Shown: piece after piece, positions 39,857 to 49,139 of the stretch
How the letters are laid out: the number at the start of each line of letters is the position of its first letter
Numbering within the stretch: position 1 is the first letter of the stretch
Source: Curvularia clavata
Lineage: Eukaryota
Reading direction: 5' to 3'
Length of the DNA: 64,000 nt
NCBI GenBank assembly: GCA_023920165.1
Contig: CP089275.1
Location: 5,022,001 to 5,086,000, forward strand
Made by a program: the position numbers and the translations under genes
The notes under the pieces: generated by a model
Databases searched by the model: none
Told to the model about the DNA's origin: nothing
The model's input: only the letters and a program-made list of their open reading frames with translations

Positions 39857-42763
39857 ATGGTGGGGACGGCCAAGCATCACCACCACCACCCGGCGCCGAC
39901 GACGACGACGACAAGACAGAGTCCCCAGGGTAGAGCAAAAGGCGTTGCCTTTGCGAGCGATGACGCCACGCCTCAACCCAGCCGAGCCGTCTACCAGGAG
40001 CGCGCCCACTCTGCCTCGCTCAGCTCCCAGGATTCGTGCGATGACGACCTCATGGACACGCTGCTCTCGGCCTCGTCCATAGCCCACGCTGACACCCTCT
40101 CGTCCTCGGGCCACTCGACGGCCATGACCTCGGCCACCACCTACGATGACCGACCCAGCCCCGATGTGCCGCCATCAGCAAGCCCCGCGCCATATGCACA
40201 CCCCACCATCTCCCTCCTCGAGCTCGTCTCCAACACGGCCTCGTCGTCTGCCCTGCCCGACAGCTTCGATGTCAATGTCTCGCGCAAGGGCGGCTTTGTT
40301 GCCGTCTACTCGGCCTCCAACCTGTTTTTGATCAAGACGCTCGAGCTGCCTCGCCTGTGGGCCCGAACGCTGCAGGTCAAGCGCAAGCCTGTTGCAATTG
40401 ATATCACCGAAGATGGCTTTCTCCTTGCAGTGCTGTCACGGCCTTCCCAGGTTGATCTGTACGAGATCCACGGCGAGGGAAACGACCAGATCAAGAAGAG
40501 GAGGACCATTATGCTGGTACATGAAGCTGGCTCTGTTGTTGTGTCACCCGATGCACGTATACTCATCACAGGAAACAAGTTCGGTATCGAGGTCATAGCC
40601 ATCGGGCCCGAAGTACCAGAAACCCTGCGGCGAACGCTTTCGGGGCCTGCGGGGGATGCACTCGAATTTTCAGATGACGGGAGGACGCTGCTCATTACGG
40701 GATACGCACGAAAGTCGGATGGTTCTGCCTTGTTTGTTCTGCCGGGTCTGTATGATGGCCCTCTTACCGAAGAGGGAGAGCCAATACCGCAACCACCAGA
40801 AGCAGCGTGGACGGGCTCGGTTTTGTTCCCAGAAACGGCCAGGATAGCGCGCCAGGCTACACTTCTCCCAGATGCAGACACTGGGACGTTCAACGAACTG
40901 TTTGCCTTCAACTCCGAGGAGGATTCGTGGGGTATCTACGACATTGCCTGCCAGCGCTTTACCCAACGGAAAATGTTTCTCCCTGACCACCAACGTTGGA
41001 CGCGTTCGGAATTCGTCGACGACGCCATGCCTGCTGTATCTCCCAATGCCGATTTGGCAGCCGTTGCTCTGCGGATACAGGGCACGACCAACATCTGGAT
41101 CTATAAAGTCCCAGGGTGGGATTATAACCCAGCTGAGAAGGAAAAACTGGATACCCCGATTCAGCCTTGCTATTGTATACCAATACCAAGCGACCACGCG
41201 GCAATGATGCAAGAGATTTGTGTGCTGAGATGGGTCCGGCTAAACGCCAACGTTCAACGGCTCGTGGCTGTCGGCAATTCGAGCATAGTTCCTAATGAGA
41301 ACGAGGTCCCTGGGGCGCCGCTGGGATCAAAAGGGGTTCTCGTTGTCCTTGATTTCGACAAAACGAAGCCTCTTGGATATACCCCGCCAACCCCCTTGAA
41401 GACAGAGTACGACCTCGATCCGCTGTGTCCTGGGGAGATGTTGCCAGAAGGTCTGATTGACTTTGATCGTGAAGTTGAATTGGTGCGGACCAGAACCATT
41501 GCTCAGCGCAGAGCCCAAGACCGTAGTGGTTCAACATCACGGAGAAACTCGAGAATCGGATCTCGGCCTGTTCATCGCTCCCAGACGAATAGGAACGCAC
41601 CGCGGCCAGCAATGGCATCTGACGACGCTGAAGAACTGACACCAGAGGAGGCCCAGGCCATGTTTGAAGTGCCATACGACAATCAACAGCCAAGGTCGCA
41701 GACGTCACTGGCGAGAGCGGCTACTGTGGCAGCTGTGTCGCCTGCAAACCGTCGACATCTGAGGGCTTTGCCGTTTAGGCCACTGGAGTATCGTCGTGCT
41801 GATGGGCATCGAGAGCTTCCCCATGAGAGTGACGCGGATAACTGGGTGCCACCTCCACCCGCATACACGGCTACAGCGGCGGCGGCAGAGAGCGTTAGCT
41901 TGAGTCATCCTGACGCACCGCCGGTACCTGCAGTACCGAGTATGAACCCAGCTACGGTACCGTCTGTCCCTGCACTGCCCACCATGCCTGCAGTCGGGAG
42001 CCCTTCGCCGATGCCATCACGCCCCTATCAACATCGCCAACAATCCATTTCCTCGAGCATTTCCTCCTCTCATACAGCTCAAGACAGTCGCAGGCCATCT
42101 CTCATTCACCCATCGACCTACCCTGCTCCACAAGCTTCAGACCCGGTACATAGAAGACGAAGCTCAGCGAACCGCCCAGCGGGAAATCAGGCGCCGTACA
42201 GTGCTTTACCTTCAACACAAAATATATACCCGGCGCCTTCCACATCCGCACCGAGATCTCTCCCTCACCAACATCCTGTCAGAAGTCCGTTCACGGAACA
42301 CACGAATCTGGATCTGTACTCATCTCCAGCCGGACCAAGCCTGAATCCACCAGCTTCTTCTATCCGACACGTCTCCGCACCACAACCAGCGCCACAAGTA
42401 GCAACCCAAATCCAGCGCCGCCCTGTTCCACAACCCACCATAGCTCCTGTACCTCACACGACCACGAATATGCCCCCATTCGTCCCCCGCGCAACCGTCG
42501 ACCCTCGAAACGCCGCTCTACCATCACTAATCCCACCCCCTACCAATCTCTTCTCAGGACCTGGCCAACAACTTCCCAACAGCGCGCCTCCTTGTTCCAC
42601 CCATCCTGCGTCCTTTGCGCATAGAGCTGCCGCAACGCAGGGCAGAGGGAACTCGCTGAGTGCACGCAGTGGTGTTACGCGCATGGATCACGGACTTGTA
42701 TCCGATGGCAAGGATAAAGCCAAGAAGAAGGAGAAGAGGAAGACGGCGTGTGTAGTCATGTGA
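39857..42763 (+). CDS. 968 aa protein: WD40-like beta-propeller N-terminal half, Pro/Ser-rich tail, PPxY motif, polybasic CaaX end
   Basis: Intronless ORF with repeated beta-strand/turn motifs (AIDITEDGFLLAV, VVVSPDARIL, LEFSDDGRTLLI, AVSPNADLAAV). Contains WVPPPPAY and ends KAKKKEKRKTACVVM. Confidence 0.8.
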   Translation: MVGTAKHHHHHPAPTTTTTRQSPQGRAKGVAFASDDATPQPSRAVYQERAHSASLSSQDSCDDDLMDTLLSASSIAHADTLSSSGHSTAMTSATTYDDRPSPDVPPSASPAPYAHPTISLLELVSNTASSSALPDSFDVNVSRKGGFVAVYSASNLFLIKTLELPRLWARTLQVKRKPVAIDITEDGFLLAVLSRPSQVDLYEIHGEGNDQIKKRRTIMLVHEAGSVVVSPDARILITGNKFGIEVIAIGPEVPETLRRTLSGPAGDALEFSDDGRTLLITGYARKSDGSALFVLPGLYDGPLTEEGEPIPQPPEAAWTGSVLFPETARIARQATLLPDADTGTFNELFAFNSEEDSWGIYDIACQRFTQRKMFLPDHQRWTRSEFVDDAMPAVSPNADLAAVALRIQGTTNIWIYKVPGWDYNPAEKEKLDTPIQPCYCIPIPSDHAAMMQEICVLRWVRLNANVQRLVAVGNSSIVPNENEVPGAPLGSKGVLVVLDFDKTKPLGYTPPTPLKTEYDLDPLCPGEMLPEGLIDFDREVELVRTRTIAQRRAQDRSGSTSRRNSRIGSRPVHRSQTNRNAPRPAMASDDAEELTPEEAQAMFEVPYDNQQPRSQTSLARAATVAAVSPANRRHLRALPFRPLEYRRADGHRELPHESDADNWVPPPPAYTATAAAAESVSLSHPDAPPVPAVPSMNPATVPSVPALPTMPAVGSPSPMPSRPYQHRQQSISSSISSSHTAQDSRRPSLIHPSTYPAPQASDPVHRRRSSANRPAGNQAPYSALPSTQNIYPAPSTSAPRSLPHQHPVRSPFTEHTNLDLYSSPAGPSLNPPASSIRHVSAPQPAPQVATQIQRRPVPQPTIAPVPHTTTNMPPFVPRATVDPRNAALPSLIPPPTNLFSGPGQQLPNSAPPCSTHPASFAHRAAATQGRGNSLSARSGVTRMDHGLVSDGKDKAKKKEKRKTACVVM

Positions 42764-43472
42764 TTTGTGAGTCTGGGAACGGGAGGAACTTTTTTCCTGT
42801 ATATATGCGGGCAAAGGCGATGGGATGATGGCGAGTCACGATTTGCTCTTCATGATCACGTTTACGCTCCTGCGCCTTTTTTTCGTTTGGATTGATTGGA
42901 GTTACGTATATATACCCCCATATTGAGCCTTTTATTTTTGCTGCATTGTTGCTCATGATGAGTTTGACTGGGTTTTTGACTGTTCTATAGACTGTATCTT
43001 TTTCCCACTCCGTTTGGGTCTTTGGTGTTGGCTTGGCTGGGTTATTGGTGTTTGGTATAGGAAGAGAACGGAGGTTACGAGAAAATCAAGAAGAAAAGGA
43101 TCGAGACAGAGAAATGAAACAAAGAGCATGATTGATCGATGTACCTTGCTTTTCTCAGCGTCTTTAGTGTAGTGCGCTGAATTTCAAGGTATCCATGGAT
43201 CCATTCTTCTTGGCATATATTCACCCGTCTAGCCTATTCTTGGTGTTGGATATTGGCGAGGGGGATGATGTAAGACGGAGGAGGCCTGTGATTGACACAA
43301 TATGGGCCAGGGAGGGAGGGAGGGAGACGGCACGGCATTACACCGGGCTGAGTCAGACGGAGCCATGTATGTGATTGACATCCATGTTGCAAATTGAGTT
43401 TAAGCAACCAAAAGCACAGAGTAGGATCGGCAAAAACTAATATTTACTTTGTTGGATAATCCCTCACTAATA

Positions 43473-43983
43473 GCATCCGTCCCTACGTGCCGGGACGCAC
43501 GGTGTGACGGGACACCTTCTCGTCCGCAAGCTCGGATTGCTTTTCAGATTTTCAAATGTAGGCAAGCAAGATGGGCGTCCATTCTGCAGCTCTTATCTTC
43601 TAAGCATATTAGCCTCCGATGCCAAACATCGCGTTGTTGACTATGCTGTCGCTCGTTCTGTTTGTGCCGGCGACCAACTCTCCTTTATTAACCCCCTGTT
43701 CATTGGCGGTAATAGATTTTAGTAAGGAGCTTGGTGGGCTAAGGAAGGAACCGAGATGGCAGAGTCCAAGAATCCAGCCTAGAAAGGTCAACTTAAGGTG
43801 AGGTGTATGCATTCCGGCAGTTTCTCCGCGCTGGCGACAACAACGTCAAAACGCATCAAACTGGTTGTGCGACTTTAGTGACAATTGGTGGCGGTAGCGT
43901 GCTGAGATGTCTGGAAGCCGTATTGCGCGCTGTGGCTCAGGACCCTAGCTTAAAGATCTTTGCCTCAGGCAGCTCTTATTCCC
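43473..43983 (+). repeat. Left long inverted repeat arm (~510 bp)
   Basis: Collinear blocks shared with the reverse complement of 47486-48010, e.g. AAAGGT(C/T)AACTTAAGGT, CCGGCAGTTTCTCCG, GTAGCGTGCTGA, CGCTGTGGCT, CAGC(T/C)CTTATTCCC. Confidence 0.85.
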
Positions 43984-44224
43984 GATCTGTAGACAACTAT
44001 ACTTGAGACTCACTCCTAGCATAAGTAAGGTTTATCGTCACGCTGTGTAGATTTGTCGTGCAGAGTTCATTAAAACTCCTTACTACTTGGACAGTTATTT
44101 ATGTAGAGTTAGTGGGATATGTTGTTGCGTGTTAGCACATAATTACTTTTAAAAAGCATAACTACATAACTGAGCGAAGTCGCGACATCTGGCTTTGAGA
44201 CTTATATTGTATACGAAGATAAAG

Positions 44225-47200
44225 TTATAGGTCTTCCTTGTCATACTCCCTTCGCCAGCTATGTAGCGTATTAAGCGACGACTGCGTATCATAGTGTTGC
44301 TCGCCAAGGACCTGCTGGCGTAATTGAAAGCATGTTTCCATTAGTATACGAGCCTCCTCGCGGCGAGCTTGCGACTGTAGGGTGAAGGCAAGATTGCTCA
44401 TACTAGTCAGCGTGTCAGGATGCTCCTCGCCGAGCACTCTGTTCCTTATCTGCATTACTTGCAGAAACAGCTCTTCAGCCTCTTCCCATCGCCTTTGTTT
44501 CCTATACATTAACGCCAGATTGTCTATACTACTTAGCGTGTTAGAATGCTCACCGCCAAGCACTCTCTTTGTCGTTCGCATCGCCTGTATAAATAGCTCT
44601 TCAGCCTCTTTCCATCGCCCTTGCTTCCAGTACGTTAACGCTAGGTTGCCTATACTACTTAGCGTATCAGGATGCTCATCGCCGAGTACTCTCTTTTTCG
44701 TCCGTATCGCCTGTACGAATAGCTCTTCAGCCTCTTTCCATCGTCCTTGCTTCCTGTATATCGAAGCTAGATTGCCTATACTGCTCAGCATGTCAGGATG
44801 CTCCTCGCCAAGAACTCTCTTCCTTGTCTGCACCGCTTGCATAAATAGCTTTTCAGCCTCTTCCCATCGCTCTTGCTTCCTATACGTCGACGCTAGGTTG
44901 CTCATACTAGTCAGTGTATCAGGATGCTCCTCGCCAAGTACTCTCTTCCTTTTCTGCATCACCTGCATGAATAGCTCTTCAGCCTCTTTCCATCGCCCTT
45001 GCTTCCAGTACGTCGACGCTTGGCTACCCATGCTGCTTAGCGTATCAGGATGCTCATCGCCAAGCACTCTCTTCCTTGTTTGTATTACTTGCATTTCTAG
45101 TTCTTCAGCCTCTTCCCATCGCCCTTGCTTCCTATATATCGACGCAAAGTCGGATATACTAGTTAGTGTATCAGGATGCTCCTCGCCAAGAACTCTCTTC
45201 CTCATCTGCATTACTTGTACAAACAGTTCTCCAGCCTCTTTCCATCGCCCTTGCCTCCAGTACGTCGACGCTAGGTTGCCCATACTAGTCAGTGTATTAG
45301 GATGCTCCTCGCCAAGCACTCTCTTCCTTGTCTGCATTACTTGCACATTTAGCTCTTCGGCCTCTTTGTACCGTCCGTCACTAAAAAGTGTTCTAGCACA
45401 CTTCGATGCAAGATTCAATATCTTTTCATCGTTGCTATCCGCTAGACTATGCGACAGAGCATGCTGGGCATGCGGAAGCAGTCGTCTCCACTTGCTTCTA
45501 TTACTATGTTCATCGTTTGGAAATACTTGGAGTAACTGTGTGATAGTGCGTCGAGTCCACTGTACAAACTGACCCTGCGCTTGCAGCCGGTTGCGCAGAG
45601 TTTGATGGACTAGTCGATGAACATCAAGTGCACACTCAGCAGGTCGTCTAGTGACGAGCGCGTACTTGTCAAGTACTTTGACGGCATCTTCACGGGCCCG
45701 TGGCGAAGCTGCCTCTAGAAGATCGAGTGAGACGTCCTTTCGATCTACGCATGCAGTGATAAAGAGATAGTCTACAGCGACAGCATTAATATGGCGGACT
45801 TGGCTAATGGAAATAGATAGTGTAACAGCTATAGTCTTTCTTAGATTAGCTTCCTGTAGCTCGCTTTTCGACGAGCTATTACTGTATTCGAGAGCTGCTT
45901 CTTTGTGCTTATCTAACTGTACTTGGTACTGTTGCACTGTTATACTACTAGCGTTTATGCACGCTGCCGCTTGCACGACTGCTAAAGGCAGATAGGATAG
46001 CTCTCTTAGCAGATGCATAGCTTCCTGCTGCTCAGCGTTTGAAAGCGGCGTTGTTAAGCGGGTTTGCAGCATTCTAAGCGCCGTGTCTGGCGTTAGCTCG
46101 TGCAACGCTATGACGTTCTGTGGAGCGAGCGTCTTAGCTGTGTCCCTCTTTGTTGTTGTGAAGATAACAGAACACAGCTTAGAGTCCGGTAAAAAGTCGG
46201 TCAGGTCTGCAGCTCGTGTAGTGGACGAGCCGCTAGGCCGTAATGTGGTACCTTCTACGTTATCGTAGATTAGCAAACATTGTCGTGTGTTAATATCTGC
46301 TACACAGCGTTTTGCCACTTGCTTTGTGTCTGCCTGGTCGTCTTCGAAACCAGGGATACTAAGCTTTTGTGCAACGATGGCATAAGACCGGTAGAGACTG
46401 TCTATGTCGCTCGCGTCTATCCAGAAAACTGAGCAGCTTCTACGACTCTGCTTTGTCCTGTAGGCAGCCTCGAGCGCGAGCTGCGACTTGCCTACTCCGC
46501 CAGGGCCAACAATTGCTAGCGTGGTGGTGGTCTGCTCATCGTTGAAGAGCTTCGCTTCTAGCTTCGCCTCTAGCTCTGCGAGCTGTAGTTCGCGACCTAC
46601 AAAAGACTCATTTCGTGAGAATGGGATAATTGACGGCGCACTACTAGCTCCCTCAACTTCAGCCTGCAGTCTTCTTAATGCACTCTCCTTTCCTTCTCCA
46701 TACGTCGTAAGCATGGAGACGCCAAGAAGTCCAAGCAGGCAGTACACAATATCTTCGTCTTCAGTCGTTCTGCGATTTCCCACCCACCGCCTCCGCTCAG
46801 ATATGCTAAACTGCTCTAAAGGACAGTTGCGTAGCGCAGCAAGCGGAATATCAGTAATTTCGTGTATTAGCTGGTCGAGCGACGTTTTGTCACCTATGCG
46901 GCGTCCTTCACGCGAGAAAAACTCCACTGATACTGGCGCGATCAGCTCTTGAAGCGTCCAACCTCTCGTAAACCATTCGCTCTTTCGGAACGACGCTTCC
47001 CAGTCGCTGCATGCATCTATCTCCATCACGGCTGACAGCGGCACGTCTGACAAGAAGACGTAGCATCGGGCCGCGTCCCGGTACCACTGGAACATCGAGT
47101 TGATCGCCCTTGAGCGCTCGTTGTTGTTCCATCTGTCGATGCAGCATGTGTCGATCCAGAAATACTGTAACCCGTCCTGAGCCGCCTGTTCGGCACAGAA

Positions 47201-47374
47201 CTGCAACTTCCGATAGCCTTCTCCCGCTTTTATGTAATTGCCATTTGATACGTCTTCGATAAGGGTCTCAGAGTCGCTCCATCGGTGTGATAGAATGGCG
47301 TAGGGAGGGGTCGACTTGCCGCGAAAGTCTGTTAAGATGAGTCTGCCCAGCGCGTTAAAATGGAGAAGCCGCAT
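44225..47374 (-). CDS. Fungal NLR: HET effector domain + NB-ARC/P-loop NTPase + ~9 TPR repeats
   Basis: HET motifs PYAILSHRW, YFWIDTCCID, AINSMFQWY..A..CYVFLSDV and SEWFTRGWTLQELIAP. Walker A GPGGVGKS, Walker B LLIYDNVE, YLPLAVVQAA, then 42-aa repeats. Intronless, 1049 aa. Confidence 0.95.
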   Translation of the reverse strand: MRLLHFNALGRLILTDFRGKSTPPYAILSHRWSDSETLIEDVSNGNYIKAGEGYRKLQFCAEQAAQDGLQYFWIDTCCIDRWNNNERSRAINSMFQWYRDAARCYVFLSDVPLSAVMEIDACSDWEASFRKSEWFTRGWTLQELIAPVSVEFFSREGRRIGDKTSLDQLIHEITDIPLAALRNCPLEQFSISERRRWVGNRRTTEDEDIVYCLLGLLGVSMLTTYGEGKESALRRLQAEVEGASSAPSIIPFSRNESFVGRELQLAELEAKLEAKLFNDEQTTTTLAIVGPGGVGKSQLALEAAYRTKQSRRSCSVFWIDASDIDSLYRSYAIVAQKLSIPGFEDDQADTKQVAKRCVADINTRQCLLIYDNVEGTTLRPSGSSTTRAADLTDFLPDSKLCSVIFTTTKRDTAKTLAPQNVIALHELTPDTALRMLQTRLTTPLSNAEQQEAMHLLRELSYLPLAVVQAAACINASSITVQQYQVQLDKHKEAALEYSNSSSKSELQEANLRKTIAVTLSISISQVRHINAVAVDYLFITACVDRKDVSLDLLEAASPRAREDAVKVLDKYALVTRRPAECALDVHRLVHQTLRNRLQAQGQFVQWTRRTITQLLQVFPNDEHSNRSKWRRLLPHAQHALSHSLADSNDEKILNLASKCARTLFSDGRYKEAEELNVQVMQTRKRVLGEEHPNTLTSMGNLASTYWRQGRWKEAGELFVQVMQMRKRVLGEEHPDTLTSISDFASIYRKQGRWEEAEELEMQVIQTRKRVLGDEHPDTLSSMGSQASTYWKQGRWKEAEELFMQVMQKRKRVLGEEHPDTLTSMSNLASTYRKQERWEEAEKLFMQAVQTRKRVLGEEHPDMLSSIGNLASIYRKQGRWKEAEELFVQAIRTKKRVLGDEHPDTLSSIGNLALTYWKQGRWKEAEELFIQAMRTTKRVLGGEHSNTLSSIDNLALMYRKQRRWEEAEELFLQVMQIRNRVLGEEHPDTLTSMSNLAFTLQSQARREEARILMETCFQLRQQVLGEQHYDTQSSLNTLHSWRREYDKEDL
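44270..45400 (-). repeat. 126-bp tandem repeat array encoding TPR units (8 near-identical plus 1 degenerate)
   Basis: Consensus LASTYxKQGRWxEAEELFxQVMQTRKRVLGEEHPDTLxSMxN repeated, with high DNA-level similarity between units. Confidence 0.93.
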
Positions 47375-47485
47375 GGCGCTTGCAACCTGAGACTTGATTC
47401 TAGGTAGCCAGACTTGCGGGCATCTTTTGTGGTAGTGAGATTATGACGGGAGCGCAATTGGGGAAAACGACTGCCTGCGCAGCCT

Positions 47486-48010
47486 GGGAATAAGGGCTGT
47501 CAAAAGTTAGGCGAACGTGCGAGCTGTAATCCTCAGCCACAGCGAGCAATGCAGCCTCTGAATATTTCAGCACGCTACTGCAAGCCACTGCACACCAAGA
47601 GCAGCGCTAACTCTATGCCCGCGCAAACAGGTTCTGGCAATCTTACTGTTTGCACGGAGAAACTGCCGGGATGCGCACTCCGTACCTTAAGTTAACCTTT
47701 AGAGGCAGCAATCTCAAACTTTGCCATCTTAGCTTTCTTTCTGGGCCATTTAGCTCTCTACAAATAGTAGTTGTCACGAACAAACAAGGGTGTGTTAGAG
47801 GAGAATCGATCAACAGCACTAACAGAATGAGCGACATCGTAGTCACTAACACGCTTCTCAGCGTCGGATGGTGATGCACTAAAACAGTAAGAGCTATAGA
47901 ATAGATGCGCATGGCGACTGTCTTAATGTAAACGCGCTGGGAATATTCCGAGCTTACGGAAGAAAAAGTATCCCGTGACACCAAGCGTCCCGTCACGTAG
48001 GGACGGACGT
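47486..48010 (-). repeat. Right long inverted repeat arm (~525 bp)
   Basis: Reverse complement aligns collinearly with 43473-43983 and ends ...GGACGGACGT|TA. Confidence 0.85.
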
Positions 48011-48281
48011 TAGATACGACATCTAAGTTTTATGCATAAAACACAAGAATGACAAAAGATGGGAAGTTTGCACAGATAATGGGGGGATGACAAGACAGAT
48101 TGGTATATACTATCGAAGGCAATCATGACATTAACCAGAATTTCTTTCCGTTTGGTATCCTCCTCGAACAAAGGAGAAGACAAGAAGAAGAAGAAAGTGT
48201 GGTATCTATAAAATTTTCCTAGCAAAACTCAACCTCCCAGAGAAGAAAAGGCTCTAGAGAGAAGAAACGGAGGAGAGATGC

Positions 48282-49139
48282 TTAGAGCATGAAAGCAGCG
48301 ACAGCGGCGGCAGCACCGACGAGACCCATGCCGGCAGAGAGGCCAGAGGCGGCGTTGGTGGTCTGCTCGGGGAGAGAGGGGCTGGTGGTGTTGCTGACGG
48401 GGTAACCAGAGGGCTTGACAGTGGCGTTGTGGGAAGGAGTGCCAGCAGGAGCAGAGACCATGGTGGTGGGGTAAGGAGCCTGGGTGGGGTAGCCGCTGCT
48501 GGCAGGAGCAACGGGGGTGGCAGAGGCAGGGTAGCCAGCAGAGGTGGAGGCAACTGGGTAACCAGCGGCGGAGGAGGCAGCCGGGCTGGAGGAAGGAGCC
48601 GGGGCGCTGCTGGGAGCAGGAGCAGCGGAGGACGACTTGACGTCGCCGCACTTGCCGGCGGAGAGGCCGAACTGGGTGCTGTACTGGTACTGGCCGGTCA
48701 CGTCGTCGATGATCTGGAGACCGTAGCCGGTGTTGCCCTCGGTGACGGGCAGGTCGGAGGCGGGAGTCCAGGCGAGGCTACCGCCGTTGACGATGCCCTC
48801 GGCGAGAGCGGGACCGAACTTGACAACGTTGGTCGAAGGGCCCTTGAGGAGGAGGACGGAGACGGTGTTGGCGGTGGTGGGGGTCCAGGTGATGGTGAAG
48901 GGCTCACACTTGGGGACGACCTGGGAGAAAGGGTTAGCGCGTTGTTTTTGTTTGGTTTTGGGAAGGGGCCCAGTCGCACGCGTCGCACATCAGAAGGTGC
49001 GACGGTTGAGAGAGCATGTGCAAAGACGTACCTCGTTCAAAGGACGGGTGATGGGGTTGCCCTTTGGGTCGCCAACAGGGGCGTGGAGCTGGGCAGCGGC
49101 AATGCCGGCGAAGAGGACGATGGCAGCGTTGGAGAACAT
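48282..49139 (-). CDS. GPI-anchored Ser/Ala/Pro-rich cell wall protein (Kre9/Knh1-like N-terminal domain), one intron
   Basis: Signal peptide MFSNAAIVLFAGIAAA, then GNPITRP..|VVPKCEPFTITWTPTT...YGLQIIDDVTGQYQYSTQF. S/A/P-rich stalk and hydrophobic C-terminus after TNAA (GPI signal). Confidence 0.9.

Larger units (their letters stand above)
43473..48010. mobile_element. Non-autonomous pogo/Fot1 (Tc1-mariner)-like TIR element with long inverted arms, carrying an NLR gene
   Basis: Left end TA|GCATCCGTCCCTACGTGCCGGGACGCACGGTGTGACGGGACAC; right end reverse-complemented TA|ACGTCCGTCCCTACGTGACGGGACGCTTGGTGTCACGGGATAC. About 53 of the first 64 nt match by hand count. TA on both flanks; no transposase inside. 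Confidence 0.8.

Noticed and set aside
43310..43324. (GGGA)3GGG potential G-quadruplex near the left element end
   Set aside because: A simple microsatellite with no evidence linking it to the insertion.
44382..45572. 396-aa plus-strand repetitive ORF
   Set aside because: Antisense shadow of the TPR repeat array, with no independent coding evidence.
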